Source: a virus | Strand: one strand, 5' to 3' | Virus record (IMG/VR): IMGVR_UViG_3300029288_006769 | Coordinates: 346,367-410,366 of that record | DNA: 64,000 nucleotides | In this document: positions 47,749-56,799 of the stretch, one piece after another | Layout: the number at the start of each line of letters is the position of its first letter | Numbering within the stretch: the first letter of the stretch is position 1 | The notes under the pieces: model-generated | What the model was told of the DNA's origin: nothing | What the model saw: the letters and a program-made list of their open reading frames with translations, nothing else | Databases searched by the model: none | Made by a program: the position numbers and the translations under genes

Positions 47749-48788
47749 GAATCCAACCTTTTTGTTTTAATGATTTTGTAAAGAATTTCTACTATTTCAG
47801 CATCAAAAAGAATTCCACGTCCATCAAATAAAATTTGCAAAGCATATTCTATGTCTTGTGCTTTTCTATAAGGTCTATTTGAAACCAATGCATTGAAAGT
47901 GTCAGCAACAGCAAGAATACGAGCACCAGCAGGAATAGCTTTTTCTTTTAGTTTATGGGGATAACCTTCACCATTCCAACGTTCATGGTGATGCAAAACA
48001 TAATCACTTATTTTCCCAACAGCATCAACGGGCTTAATGATTTTATATGACATTTCTGAATGATGTTTGATGAGTTCATATTCTTCATCTGACAATTTGT
48101 CTTTCTTAAAAAGTATTTCATCCCTTATTCCGATTTTTCCAATGTCATGTAGTCTGCCAGCTATAGTAACATCTTCAATAAAGTTTGAGTCATCAGAATA
48201 TTCCCAACAAATTTTCTCTGAGAGTTCACCTACCATTTCTGAATGGTTTTTTGTGTACTCATCTTTTTGTTCTAGAGCATTTGTCAATGCTGTCAAAGTA
48301 TTAAAGAAAATTTTATCTCTCTCTTTTTGAATTGCAACTATTTTTGTACGCAGGTTTTCTGCTAGATGTGTGTTTCTCCTTAGATTCCTTGTATTACGAG
48401 AAGCTTGTAACAGTAACAAACCTAAAGTCATGAGTTGAAAAGGTTTACTCAAAAATGCATATATATTCTTTTTTATAATTGTAGTAATAAATTGATCTGT
48501 GTTGTAACCTGTAGTTAAAATAATTGTCAATTCAGGGTCAATTCCACTAGCTTGATCTATAAAATCAAACCCAGAGCAACCATTGTCAAGGCAAATATCG
48601 CAAAGAGCTACATCAAATTGATGAGCTTCTATAAGTTCTATTGCTTTAGGTAATGATTCAGCAACAAAGCAATGACCTCCATGATTGTCGACAAACAATT
48701 TGAGAACATCTAACTCTGTACGATCATCATCAATGACAAGCACAGTCAGATTCATCAAAAAGGGCGTGTGCTGAATTGAACTTGGCAT
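47745..48788 (-). CDS. Response regulator with HD-GYP phosphodiesterase (RpfG-like)
   Basis: REC: VIDDD..CDI..TG..SKPF; HD-GYP: YTKNHS, LHDIGK, HHERWNGEGYP, RPYR. Confidence 0.92.
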   Translation of the reverse strand: MPSSIQHTPFLMNLTVLVIDDDRTELDVLKLFVDNHGGHCFVAESLPKAIELIEAHQFDVALCDICLDNGCSGFDFIDQASGIDPELTIILTTGYNTDQFITTIIKKNIYAFLSKPFQLMTLGLLLLQASRNTRNLRRNTHLAENLRTKIVAIQKERDKIFFNTLTALTNALEQKDEYTKNHSEMVGELSEKICWEYSDDSNFIEDVTIAGRLHDIGKIGIRDEILFKKDKLSDEEYELIKHHSEMSYKIIKPVDAVGKISDYVLHHHERWNGEGYPHKLKEKAIPAGARILAVADTFNALVSNRPYRKAQDIEYALQILFDGRGILFDAEIVEILYKIIKTKRLDS

Positions 48789-51700
48789 TATTTTGTCCTT
48801 TTAAGTTCTTCTGCTATGATAGTATTTGTCGAGTCTAACGCCACAGCTTTTGTTATATATTCAGTATAAGTTTTGATTTCGCCATTAAATTTACAAATCA
48901 TTCCAAGCCCATAATATGACATAGCATATTTCGGATCTATTGAAATAGCTTTATTGTAATACTCTCTTGCTGTTTCGTTGTCTTTTTTCAACATATAGAT
49001 GTCAGCTCTTTTACAAATTGCTGGAGCATATCTAGAATCAACATAAGAAACCATTTTGCAATATTCCAAAGCATCATCAAGATTGCCTTGCTCAATTTTG
49101 ATTTGAGCTAAGAACATCATTAAATTAATATCTTGCGGCTCTTTCTTTCTCATTTCTACAGCTATATTTTCAGCACCAGCATAATCCTTCAATTGATATA
49201 GAATTTTTGCATAGATATCTAGATTTGTAAAACTCCTGTTTATTGCAAGCAATTGTTCTGTTTCATTTTTTGCTTCATTGTATTTAGAGAATCTTTTGTA
49301 AGAGTCAATTAGATATAGTCTTATTGTTGTGTCTTTAGATTTTTGTTGTTTTGCTGTTTGCAAGAATTCAAAGCCTTCACTCGAATAGGCATCCTTCAAA
49401 TAGATTTTGCCCAGTATATATAACATATCAGGGTCAGAATTGTTTTGTGCCTTCGCCATTCGTAGATAGGCTAGACTTTCATGTAGTTCGCCTACTTCAT
49501 AACAATAGATGCCGAGTTCCTTGTTTGCATTAAAGTTCTTACTGTCTCTGCCCAAAATCTCTTTATATGTCTTTATTTCCAAAACTCTGTTGCCGTTCTG
49601 TTTGTAGCAATATGCTAGTTTTGAAAGCATATCTACTGAAATAGTGTCTTTCAATGCTTTTGTTTTTTCAAAGTTATACTGAGCTCTCTTATAATCCCCA
49701 AGCTTGAAATAAATTCCACTTAGTCTTTCATAGTTTCTATAATCATAATAGAATCTTTTTGTATTGGCTACATAGATGTCTTTTGCAAGATTGACATGTA
49801 GCTGTTCTTGTAATCTTCCCATGTGGTAGAAATATGTAGAATCTCTAGTATTGATTTGACAATAGAGTTTATAGAACTTGATTGCTTTTTCTATATTTTT
49901 CAAATTTTCATGAGAAACAGCTATGAGTCTATAAACTTCAGCTATTCTAGAATAACTGTTGAATTTCGTACACATAGTCAAAATTGAAATTGCATTATCA
50001 TATTCTTTAGTCATGAAAAGCGCTCTGCCATATATAAAACTTTGATCAGCATTGCCTATAATATTTGCTAGAGCAAAGTATTTTACTGCTGACTTGTAGT
50101 CTTCTTTTTCATAAGAGTATACTCCTACTTTTAAACTCAATTTATCATTTTTATATTTTGCAAGATAAGATTTGTACGTGCTCATTTCTAAATCTTTTTT
50201 ACCTTGTTTAAGATAAAGAGCTGCAAGGTTGAAGTATTCGTTTTTTGCTGTTTGTACAAGATTGACATATTGTTCATAAGAAGCTATTGCATTTGAAATC
50301 GCACCAGTTCTTTCTTGACAAATAGCTATTTTTAGAATAATAGGTGCCGTGATTTTTTCTTGTTGTAATTTATTGTAGACATTCAATGCTTTTGTGTAGC
50401 TCCCCATATCATAATAAGTATTAGCAAGGCTTATTATAACCAAACTATCAGCTTGTTTTGTCACTAAAGCTCTATTGCAGATTCTTATAATTTCTGAGAC
50501 ATTTTTCTTGATTATGACTACATAGCTGAAATTCTTGAGATAGTCTATTCTTGAATAAGCTAATGTCATTGTTTTGTTGTATTCTAGATAGGCATTGTCA
50601 TAATCTTTAAGTTTGAAATAGACATCAGCTAATTTTTTATGAGCATCTACATTTTGAGCATCAAGATTCAGGATCTTTTTTAGATACACAATGGAATTCT
50701 GATTGTCTTTTGCTTTCCCTAGCAATGTAACAATTTTGAAATAGTCTGTGACATTGAAAACTCTAAGTTTTTCTAATTCATAATAGTGTTTCAATGCCTG
50801 AGCGTTTTTTTCAGTTGCATAATAAGAATTTGCAAGTCTTTCTCTAGATTCTATGTCTTTAGAATCGAGTTCTACAATTTTAGTGTCTATAACAAATAGT
50901 TGTTCTTTTCTATTTGTCTCTCTATAACAAACTGCTAAATCTTTGTATTGCTCAAGGCTTGGCGTAAATTTCACAAGAATTTCAAGTTGTTCAATTGCTT
51001 TTTGATATTTCTTTTTGTCAAGAGCAATTTTATAGATTATTTCTCTGCATTTATTGGAAGCAGCTCCTTTTCTTAAAAGTGTTTCAGAAGCATCTTTTGC
51101 TTTATCATAATCTTGTTGTTTGAAAGCACAAATCGCTATTCTTTCAAGAACATCAAAATTTTCTCTAAAAATATATGTCTTTTCGTAATATTTTTGAGCT
51201 TTATCATAATTTTTGTTTTCATAATAGTAATCACCAAGTTGCAAAGCATTTTCTGGCGTATCTTTTTGTTTTGAAAGCCGAACTGCTATTTTTTTTGCTT
51301 TTGTCTTATAATTCTGTTTTTCATAAGCATCGATCAACAGGAAATACATTGGAATAGCTGATGAGTCAACTCTTAAAACTTTATTTGCATATAATTCAAT
51401 TTTAGCATAATCATTTGTAGTTGCATAGTATTGGGCTATAAGTCTATTGTATTCAAGACCTGCGTTTAACACTTCAAATTCTTTTACATATTTCAAAACA
51501 CTTACATAATCTTTCAAATTCATGTATATTTTTGCTATTTTCAATTTAAGCTGCAATGCTTGTTTGGCATCAGCTTTTTTTGTTGCTGCTTCATAAAAAG
51601 CAAGAGCTCTTGAAATATTTTTTTGTTCTTCTAAGCATTTCCCTTGATTTGTCAAATCTTCATATTGAAAACTTTGTACTTGGAGTTTATTGTACTCAAC

Positions 51701-52387
51701 AAAAGCTTCTTGGCATTGTCCTTTTGAGATATAAAGTCTAGCAAGTTTGAGTCTGTCCTCTATAGAAATATTGTTTACAGTTTTCAAATACAATAATGAA
51801 GAATCAGATTGACCAAGAGCCGCATAACATAATGAAAGACGGAGTGCAATTGCATCATCTTTTTTAAGTGAATATTGTTTCAATAAATAGGGAATAGCTT
51901 GTTTATACAATTTTCTTTCATAGTAAATTGTGCCCAATGCTTCTTTAGCTTCTTTTGTTGTTCTAATTTTTTCGAACCATTTTTGGGCCTCATCATACCT
52001 TCTAATTTTGTAACAGATACTAGCATGTTGAAGTTTGTAACTTTCAGTAATTGAGTCTTTTTGTACGCATTTAGAAGAGAATTCATAAGCTCTTTCGCAA
52101 AGACCGATTTTACAATAGACTCTAGCAAGAGAAGTTAGAACAAGACAATTAGAAGGATAAAGTCTATATAAAGACAGATAGCAAGCAATTGCTTTTTCAT
52201 CAAAGCCGAGATTTTCATGTGCAAAACCATAAGCATAAGTAGTTTCTTCGTCTTGCACTTTATAGTTTGTCTCAATATATTTGATAACTTGCTTATAATC
52301 TTTTTTAAAAAGAAGACCATCAAGTTTCTTGTCGGCAAAACTTGCAATAGCGACTAAGAAAATCAAGAAAAATTTTAATGTTTTCAT
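48788..52387 (-). CDS. Large TPR-repeat protein with signal peptide
   Basis: Start MKTLKFFLIFLVAIASFA (Sec signal) at 52387 with GGAGG RBS; TPR-like helical repeats throughout. Confidence 0.85.
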   Translation of the reverse strand: MKTLKFFLIFLVAIASFADKKLDGLLFKKDYKQVIKYIETNYKVQDEETTYAYGFAHENLGFDEKAIACYLSLYRLYPSNCLVLTSLARVYCKIGLCERAYEFSSKCVQKDSITESYKLQHASICYKIRRYDEAQKWFEKIRTTKEAKEALGTIYYERKLYKQAIPYLLKQYSLKKDDAIALRLSLCYAALGQSDSSLLYLKTVNNISIEDRLKLARLYISKGQCQEAFVEYNKLQVQSFQYEDLTNQGKCLEEQKNISRALAFYEAATKKADAKQALQLKLKIAKIYMNLKDYVSVLKYVKEFEVLNAGLEYNRLIAQYYATTNDYAKIELYANKVLRVDSSAIPMYFLLIDAYEKQNYKTKAKKIAVRLSKQKDTPENALQLGDYYYENKNYDKAQKYYEKTYIFRENFDVLERIAICAFKQQDYDKAKDASETLLRKGAASNKCREIIYKIALDKKKYQKAIEQLEILVKFTPSLEQYKDLAVCYRETNRKEQLFVIDTKIVELDSKDIESRERLANSYYATEKNAQALKHYYELEKLRVFNVTDYFKIVTLLGKAKDNQNSIVYLKKILNLDAQNVDAHKKLADVYFKLKDYDNAYLEYNKTMTLAYSRIDYLKNFSYVVIIKKNVSEIIRICNRALVTKQADSLVIISLANTYYDMGSYTKALNVYNKLQQEKITAPIILKIAICQERTGAISNAIASYEQYVNLVQTAKNEYFNLAALYLKQGKKDLEMSTYKSYLAKYKNDKLSLKVGVYSYEKEDYKSAVKYFALANIIGNADQSFIYGRALFMTKEYDNAISILTMCTKFNSYSRIAEVYRLIAVSHENLKNIEKAIKFYKLYCQINTRDSTYFYHMGRLQEQLHVNLAKDIYVANTKRFYYDYRNYERLSGIYFKLGDYKRAQYNFEKTKALKDTISVDMLSKLAYCYKQNGNRVLEIKTYKEILGRDSKNFNANKELGIYCYEVGELHESLAYLRMAKAQNNSDPDMLYILGKIYLKDAYSSEGFEFLQTAKQQKSKDTTIRLYLIDSYKRFSKYNEAKNETEQLLAINRSFTNLDIYAKILYQLKDYAGAENIAVEMRKKEPQDINLMMFLAQIKIEQGNLDDALEYCKMVSYVDSRYAPAICKRADIYMLKKDNETAREYYNKAISIDPKYAMSYYGLGMICKFNGEIKTYTEYITKAVALDSTNTIIAEELKRTK

Positions 52388-52609
52388 ATTCCCTCCCATT
52401 GTTATGGGCAGCAAAAAAACATCCAGAACAACTTTTGAATTAATCAATGTTCCAGAAATCGTCAAGTTAATTTAATTTTGATAGGAAGGAATTTAATTGA
52501 GAGTAAATCAAATCTATCTAACCAACAAATATCTACCCTTATCCTTATATTATAGATTATACCACCTTATTGGTTTAAAATGAAAATAAAAAATATTTTT
52601 TAAAAATAA

Positions 52610-52639
52610 TTGTTACTTTTGCTAACTTTGATATATATT
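52610..52639 (+). promoter_or_regulatory. Possible sigma70-type promoter for the ncRNA array
   Basis: TTGTTA-18 nt-TATATT, ending 7 nt before unit 1. Confidence 0.35.
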
Positions 52640-52646
52640 TATTCTA

Positions 52647-52787
52647 GAACAAATGCTCTTTAACAGCAAGTGCTTACATTACTTTGTAGCTCAGCTGGTA
52701 GAGCGATTGCCTATTAAGCGATAAGTCTCAGGTTCGAATCCTGAAAAAGTAGCCAAAAACTAGCATTTACAACTCGAGCATTTGTTC
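52647..52787 (+). ncRNA. Scaffolded tRNA-like RNA unit 1 (Y RNA-like); normal-order Asn-like domain, ATT anticodon
   Basis: 12 bp outer stem GAACAAATGCTC/GAGCATTTGTTC; scaffold TTTAAC..GTGCTTACAT / TAGCAT..AACTC; 76 nt cloverleaf 52680-52755 ending GCCA. Confidence 0.8.
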
Positions 52788-52809
52788 ATTTCAAATTGAA
52801 AATAAATTT

Positions 52810-52966
52810 TTAAAACTGCTCTTTAACATCGGGTGCTTACATGGATATAACTTTAGTTCACCAAACCGAAGTTTGACGTTCGATTCGTCATTCCCCCGCT
52901 AAGAAAATATGTGTTTTCTTGGTGGGGGAAAGTAAAAAATAGCATACGTAACTCGAGCAGTTTTAA
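52810..52966 (+). ncRNA. Scaffolded tRNA-like RNA unit 2; permuted, opened in the D arm
   Basis: 12 bp outer stem TTAAAACTGCTC/GAGCAGTTTTAA; order: D 3' half, anticodon-like arm, T arm (TGACG-TTCGATT-CGTCA), acceptor closed by a long hairpin. Confidence 0.75.
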
Positions 52967-52979
52967 TTTTGAAAAATAA

Positions 52980-53115
52980 ACAAGTGTTCTTTAACTCTAA
53001 GTGCTTACATGCTTTTAAGCTCAATTGGTAGAGCAATTGTTATTGGAACAATTCGTTCTTGGTTCAAATCCAGGAAAAGCGACCAAAAAATAGCATTTAT
53101 AACTCGAACACTTGT
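52980..53115 (+). ncRNA. Scaffolded tRNA-like RNA unit 3; normal-order domain, TTG at anticodon position
   Basis: 10 bp outer stem ACAAGTGTTC/GAACACTTGT; 76 nt cloverleaf 53010-53085 ending ACCA. Confidence 0.8.
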
Positions 53116-53134
53116 CTTTTAAATAAGGAAAAAA

Positions 53135-53285
53135 TAAGTCATGTCTTTTAACCTTGGAAGCTTACATTTTTTTCGTCAGTTCAAATCTGACTGCTCCACC
53201 GGCGGTGGAGTATGGCCGAGTGGTTTAAGGCACCCAACTGCTAATTGGACAAAGAAAACAGCTCTCAGAACTCAGACATGACTTA
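53135..53285 (+). ncRNA. Scaffolded tRNA-like RNA unit 4; permuted tRNA-Ser(GCT), opened at the variable arm
   Basis: 12 bp outer stem TAAGTCATGTCT/AGACATGACTTA; order: T arm, loop-closed acceptor, D arm GCCGAGTGGTTTAAGGC, anticodon loop CTGCTAA. Confidence 0.8.
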
Positions 53286-53307
53286 AATTTTAAAATTCAC
53301 GATGAAG

Positions 53308-53343
53308 AAGAGGGCTCAATCAAAAGAGCCCTCTTTTGTTTTT
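53308..53343 (+). terminator. Rho-independent terminator closing the ncRNA array
   Basis: AAGAGGGCTC-AATCAAAA-GAGCCCTCTT followed by TTGTTTTT. Confidence 0.8.
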
Positions 53344-53413
53344 AGCATTATTTTTAGAATTTTACAAGTTAAAATATAGAAATAGAGCAACAAGCAAAAG
53401 AAAGGAATGAACT

Positions 53414-53665
53414 ATGTCAACGATCCATGTTGTTTACGGCGGAAGAAATGAAGATCTTGAGTTTGACGAAGTGTTCAGACCAGATAGACATGAAGCTCTG
53501 GGAGTAACAAATCCTGAACCAAGAAATATGACACCAGAAATTGTAAAACGAGCTTTAGCAAATCATTATGATGTGAATCAAAATGAATTTGAAGCTCATT
53601 TTGTCGAAATCAACTCGAACGGAAATATCACCGTACGTCCCAATGCGAGATGGGGAGGTCATTAA
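53414..53665 (+). CDS. Ubiquitin-like (beta-grasp) protein
   Basis: 83 aa ending NITVRPNARWGG-H; same operon as JAB and ThiF. Confidence 0.7.
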   Translation: MSTIHVVYGGRNEDLEFDEVFRPDRHEALGVTNPEPRNMTPEIVKRALANHYDVNQNEFEAHFVEINSNGNITVRPNARWGGH

Positions 53666-53666
53666 A

Positions 53667-55217
53667 ATGACAACTATGGTAAAAAAAGAACAAGACATCA
53701 GGGTTAAAATCCTCAACTCATTTATGACCTGTCCTCATCGAGACACGGGTGAATTGCAAAAAATTCATGCAGAAATGAGAGAGAAAGATCCTGTGTTCTA
53801 TGCACATCTTGCTGCATGGTACAAAAAGAATGGTGATCTTCGTGATCATAATGAAGTTTTCACAGCCATGTTGATCACAGATCCTTTCTTGGACAATCGC
53901 GAAACAGGTATTGCTCTTTTTCAAAATCAAGCTCCCTTTATGAAAATCAAAATTCTCAGTTTCATTAAAGGGAAGAAAATCACTCTGAGGGAAAAGACGG
54001 GTGAACAAGTCAAACGCGGAAAGAAAATGATTGATGAGATCAAAAATTCTAAGAAACAAGTTGGTCTTATCAAAAATATCCCAAACATACTTCGAACTGA
54101 AATCGAAAGATATGTTCGTTGGCTTGAAAAAGACAATGATAGATTTGATTCTGTTGCTCTGACAAATTTCAATGATTTGAAATCTTTTTATGCAGGTAAA
54201 GGTGTTCAGATCAAACCTTGTCCAAGAGCACAACAAATCCTGTTTGAAGAAAAATTTCCTGAAGATAGCAAACTTACTGTTTTCAAACAAATCAGAGAAG
54301 CTGATACGCCTGAGAAAGCAGCCAATCTGATGGTGCAACATAAAATTCCTTACACTATTGCAGTAGGTTTGAGAGATAAAATTACGCCATCTATTTTGAT
54401 TGCTTTGATCAATAACATGACTGCTCAGGAAATTATTACAAACATTGCTTCTTTGCAAGAAAAAGGTGCAATGGATAATCCTGGAACAAAAAAATTGATC
54501 ACAGAAAAACTTGAAGCAGCAAAAACAGCAAAGAATGTAACTGCTCTCAAATCCAAAAGAGCTAAGCAGACAGGAAGAGTCAAAGACGAAACTGTTCTCA
54601 AGCAGTTGGATGAAATTGCTGATAAGCAAATCAAAAAATCTGGGTCAATCAAAGTTTCTACTGGGTTGCTCATTGACAGATCAGGTTCTATGGATGTTGC
54701 AATTCAAGTTGGAAAACAGATTGCTGCAACAATTTGTGGTTCAATGGAAGCTGATTTGTTCGGTGTCGCATTTGATACTATGGCACAAGCTGTTAAAGCA
54801 AGTGAAAATACATTAACTGCTTGGGAAAAAGCATTTGCGCCAATCCATGCAAGCGGTAGAACTTCAGTTGGTTGTGCTCTTGATTTCATGATCAGGTATA
54901 AATTATATGCTGAACAGCTCATTATTGTGACTGATGAGGATGAAAACCAGAATCCACGATTTGCTGATGTATTTCCAAAGTATGTACAGGAAATGAAAGT
55001 AACTCCTGCAATTATTATCGTAAGAGTAGGTGACAAAAAAACTGGACTCAGTACTTCGCTTAAAAACGCAGGAATTTCTTTTGATTCATATGAACCATCA
55101 GGAAATGACTACTATGGACTTTCAGGTCTGATACCTTTGCTTTCTCGTAAATCAAAGTTAGACCTTGTTTATGAAATTATGGACTTTCCACTTCCGATTC
55201 GAAAGTCTTATGTCTAA
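53667..55217 (+). CDS. Ro60/TROVE-like helical domain plus C-terminal vWA
   Basis: vWA MIDAS IDRSGSM..GRTS..VTDEDEN; N-terminal DPVFYAHLAAWY..LRD and LINNMTAQEIITNIASL resemble TROVE segments; adjacent tRNA-like RNAs. Confidence 0.7.
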   Translation: MTTMVKKEQDIRVKILNSFMTCPHRDTGELQKIHAEMREKDPVFYAHLAAWYKKNGDLRDHNEVFTAMLITDPFLDNRETGIALFQNQAPFMKIKILSFIKGKKITLREKTGEQVKRGKKMIDEIKNSKKQVGLIKNIPNILRTEIERYVRWLEKDNDRFDSVALTNFNDLKSFYAGKGVQIKPCPRAQQILFEEKFPEDSKLTVFKQIREADTPEKAANLMVQHKIPYTIAVGLRDKITPSILIALINNMTAQEIITNIASLQEKGAMDNPGTKKLITEKLEAAKTAKNVTALKSKRAKQTGRVKDETVLKQLDEIADKQIKKSGSIKVSTGLLIDRSGSMDVAIQVGKQIAATICGSMEADLFGVAFDTMAQAVKASENTLTAWEKAFAPIHASGRTSVGCALDFMIRYKLYAEQLIIVTDEDENQNPRFADVFPKYVQEMKVTPAIIIVRVGDKKTGLSTSLKNAGISFDSYEPSGNDYYGLSGLIPLLSRKSKLDLVYEIMDFPLPIRKSYV

Positions 55218-56055
55218 TGTTTTTGATCTTATTAAAAAAGTAGGGGAGAAAGAAGCGGCTATTCAAGAGTTTATCTCCCCTATTTTTTTTAATGAATATG
55301 TAGCCACCAAGATCGAAGGCATTGTTTATAAATTCAAAATTTCGCAAAAAACTCCAGGTTGGTATAAAATACAATCCATAGACAGAAAGACAGCAAAAAC
55401 TGTCGAACAGGCTGATCTTTCTGATATCGATACTTATTTGAAGTTTCTAACCAAGATTCGTTTTATTCTTGTAATGAAAAAGAATAACGTTTATTTTGGT
55501 ATACCCGAAAAATCAAATAATTTAAAACTTCCATTTGAGCAAATGATCCCTGTGTATCTTACTGATGATTCAGTTCAAGATTTTGACAGAGTCATTGTGC
55601 GTTTTGATGGCGCAAATTTCTGGTACCATCAATTGGATTATTCAAATGACATTTCAAAGGCATCATATTTAAGAGAGAAATTGTTGAAAGTTGTCGATTC
55701 AAAGAAAATTAATTATTCGGGTTTGACAATCGAAGAAAAAATTGCTTATACTTTAAGAGTTACACTTGATAAAAAACTTGTAATTGACAAAAAGAAGACA
55801 TCTCTTAAAGATGATGTTGAACATGCTGGTGGCGAATTTATAAAATTTACGGAAAAAAGCGACCATTTCAGCGTAACTTATATTGTCGATGGACAACAAT
55901 ATACAAGCCATGTGAGTAAAAACGAAAGTCATAGCGTAATAACTGCTGGAATTTGTTTGTCTGGTGAAGATAGAAAATATGATTTAAAAAGTCTTATAAC
56001 AGTTATGAGAGAGGGTCAGCATGCAGGAAGAATCCATAGAACTCACAACTTTTAA
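55210..56055 (+). CDS. Conserved hypothetical protein, candidate divergent E2-like conjugating enzyme
   Basis: Single Cys, in the C-terminal AGICLSG..DLKSLITVMR, resembling the E2 GxICL active-site context; lies between Ubl/vWA and JAB. Confidence 0.45.
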   Translation: MSNVFDLIKKVGEKEAAIQEFISPIFFNEYVATKIEGIVYKFKISQKTPGWYKIQSIDRKTAKTVEQADLSDIDTYLKFLTKIRFILVMKKNNVYFGIPEKSNNLKLPFEQMIPVYLTDDSVQDFDRVIVRFDGANFWYHQLDYSNDISKASYLREKLLKVVDSKKINYSGLTIEEKIAYTLRVTLDKKLVIDKKKTSLKDDVEHAGGEFIKFTEKSDHFSVTYIVDGQQYTSHVSKNESHSVITAGICLSGEDRKYDLKSLITVMREGQHAGRIHRTHNF

Positions 56056-56434
56056 AGAAAGATGCTGGACATTATACGGTTTTAAAATTGGAAAATTTAT
56101 TTTCGGTTGGCTTAAATATTTGGATGAAGGTGAAGAGTTTGCTGTAGAATTTGATTGGCGAAAAGGTTTGTCAAAATTTATCATCGGGTGGTTTCATACC
56201 CATCCAACTACGGTTACTTTGAATCCAAGCAAAGAAGACAAAAAAACAATGCGTTCTTGGGTTAGAACTTTAGAACGCCCATTGATTTGTGGGATCATGT
56301 ATGACCATAAAAAAAGAAGAGAATTTCTTTGGAGAAATTGTTATTTATTTAAACGTTGGCCTGGCGGCAATGTGAACTACCAACCAATTATGAGAGATAA
56401 ACTAATCAAACATTTTTATATTGGAATTCTATGA
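56021..56434 (+). CDS. JAB/MPN metalloprotease
   Basis: IIGWFHTHP..PSKED (HxH-x7-S-x2-D). Confidence 0.85.
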   Translation: MQEESIELTTFKERCWTLYGFKIGKFIFGWLKYLDEGEEFAVEFDWRKGLSKFIIGWFHTHPTTVTLNPSKEDKKTMRSWVRTLERPLICGIMYDHKKRREFLWRNCYLFKRWPGGNVNYQPIMRDKLIKHFYIGIL

Positions 56435-56562
56435 AAAATAAAGGGTTCAAAAAAGAAACTCCTGAAGATGTTATTAACTGGCTTGCTTCTATGAAAATAA
56501 AGGTGCATTATTTAATAAAAAGCTCAGGAAAAAATTAGAAAAAAGAAAGAAAAAAATGAGCA

Positions 56563-56799
56563 TTGTCTAAATTTCCTTATAATGTCTATGCAACAAAAGA
56601 AAAAGTGTATATAGAAAAGAAAACAGGATGTGCAGCTCGCTTATGTTCTATATCTGCCGAATTTTATGACAGTAACGAAAAACAGGAAATAATTTTGGAA
56701 TGTTCATTTAAAAAATTCCAAGAGAAAGCTATGTCAAGAGGATATATAGTACTTGATAAATTCAGACCTGCATGGGATATTGAAAGAGAGATAAAATGA
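56563..56799 (+). CDS. Hypothetical protein
   Basis: 78 aa, coupled to ThiF start. Confidence 0.5.
   Translation: MSKFPYNVYATKEKVYIEKKTGCAARLCSISAEFYDSNEKQEIILECSFKKFQEKAMSRGYIVLDKFRPAWDIEREIK

Noticed and set aside
52680-53085. Ordinary tRNA genes (Asn/Gln) for units 1 and 3
   Set aside because: They are embedded in the same scaffold as the two permuted units and have non-canonical anticodon loops; annotated as ncRNA units instead.
52647-53285. CRISPR array
   Set aside because: The repeats are bipartite and flank 75-95 nt structured tRNA-like inserts, the outer stems vary in sequence, and no cas genes are in the window.
53718-54629. 303 aa minus-strand ORF
   Set aside because: Antisense shadow of the TROVE/vWA gene; Phe-rich with no motifs.
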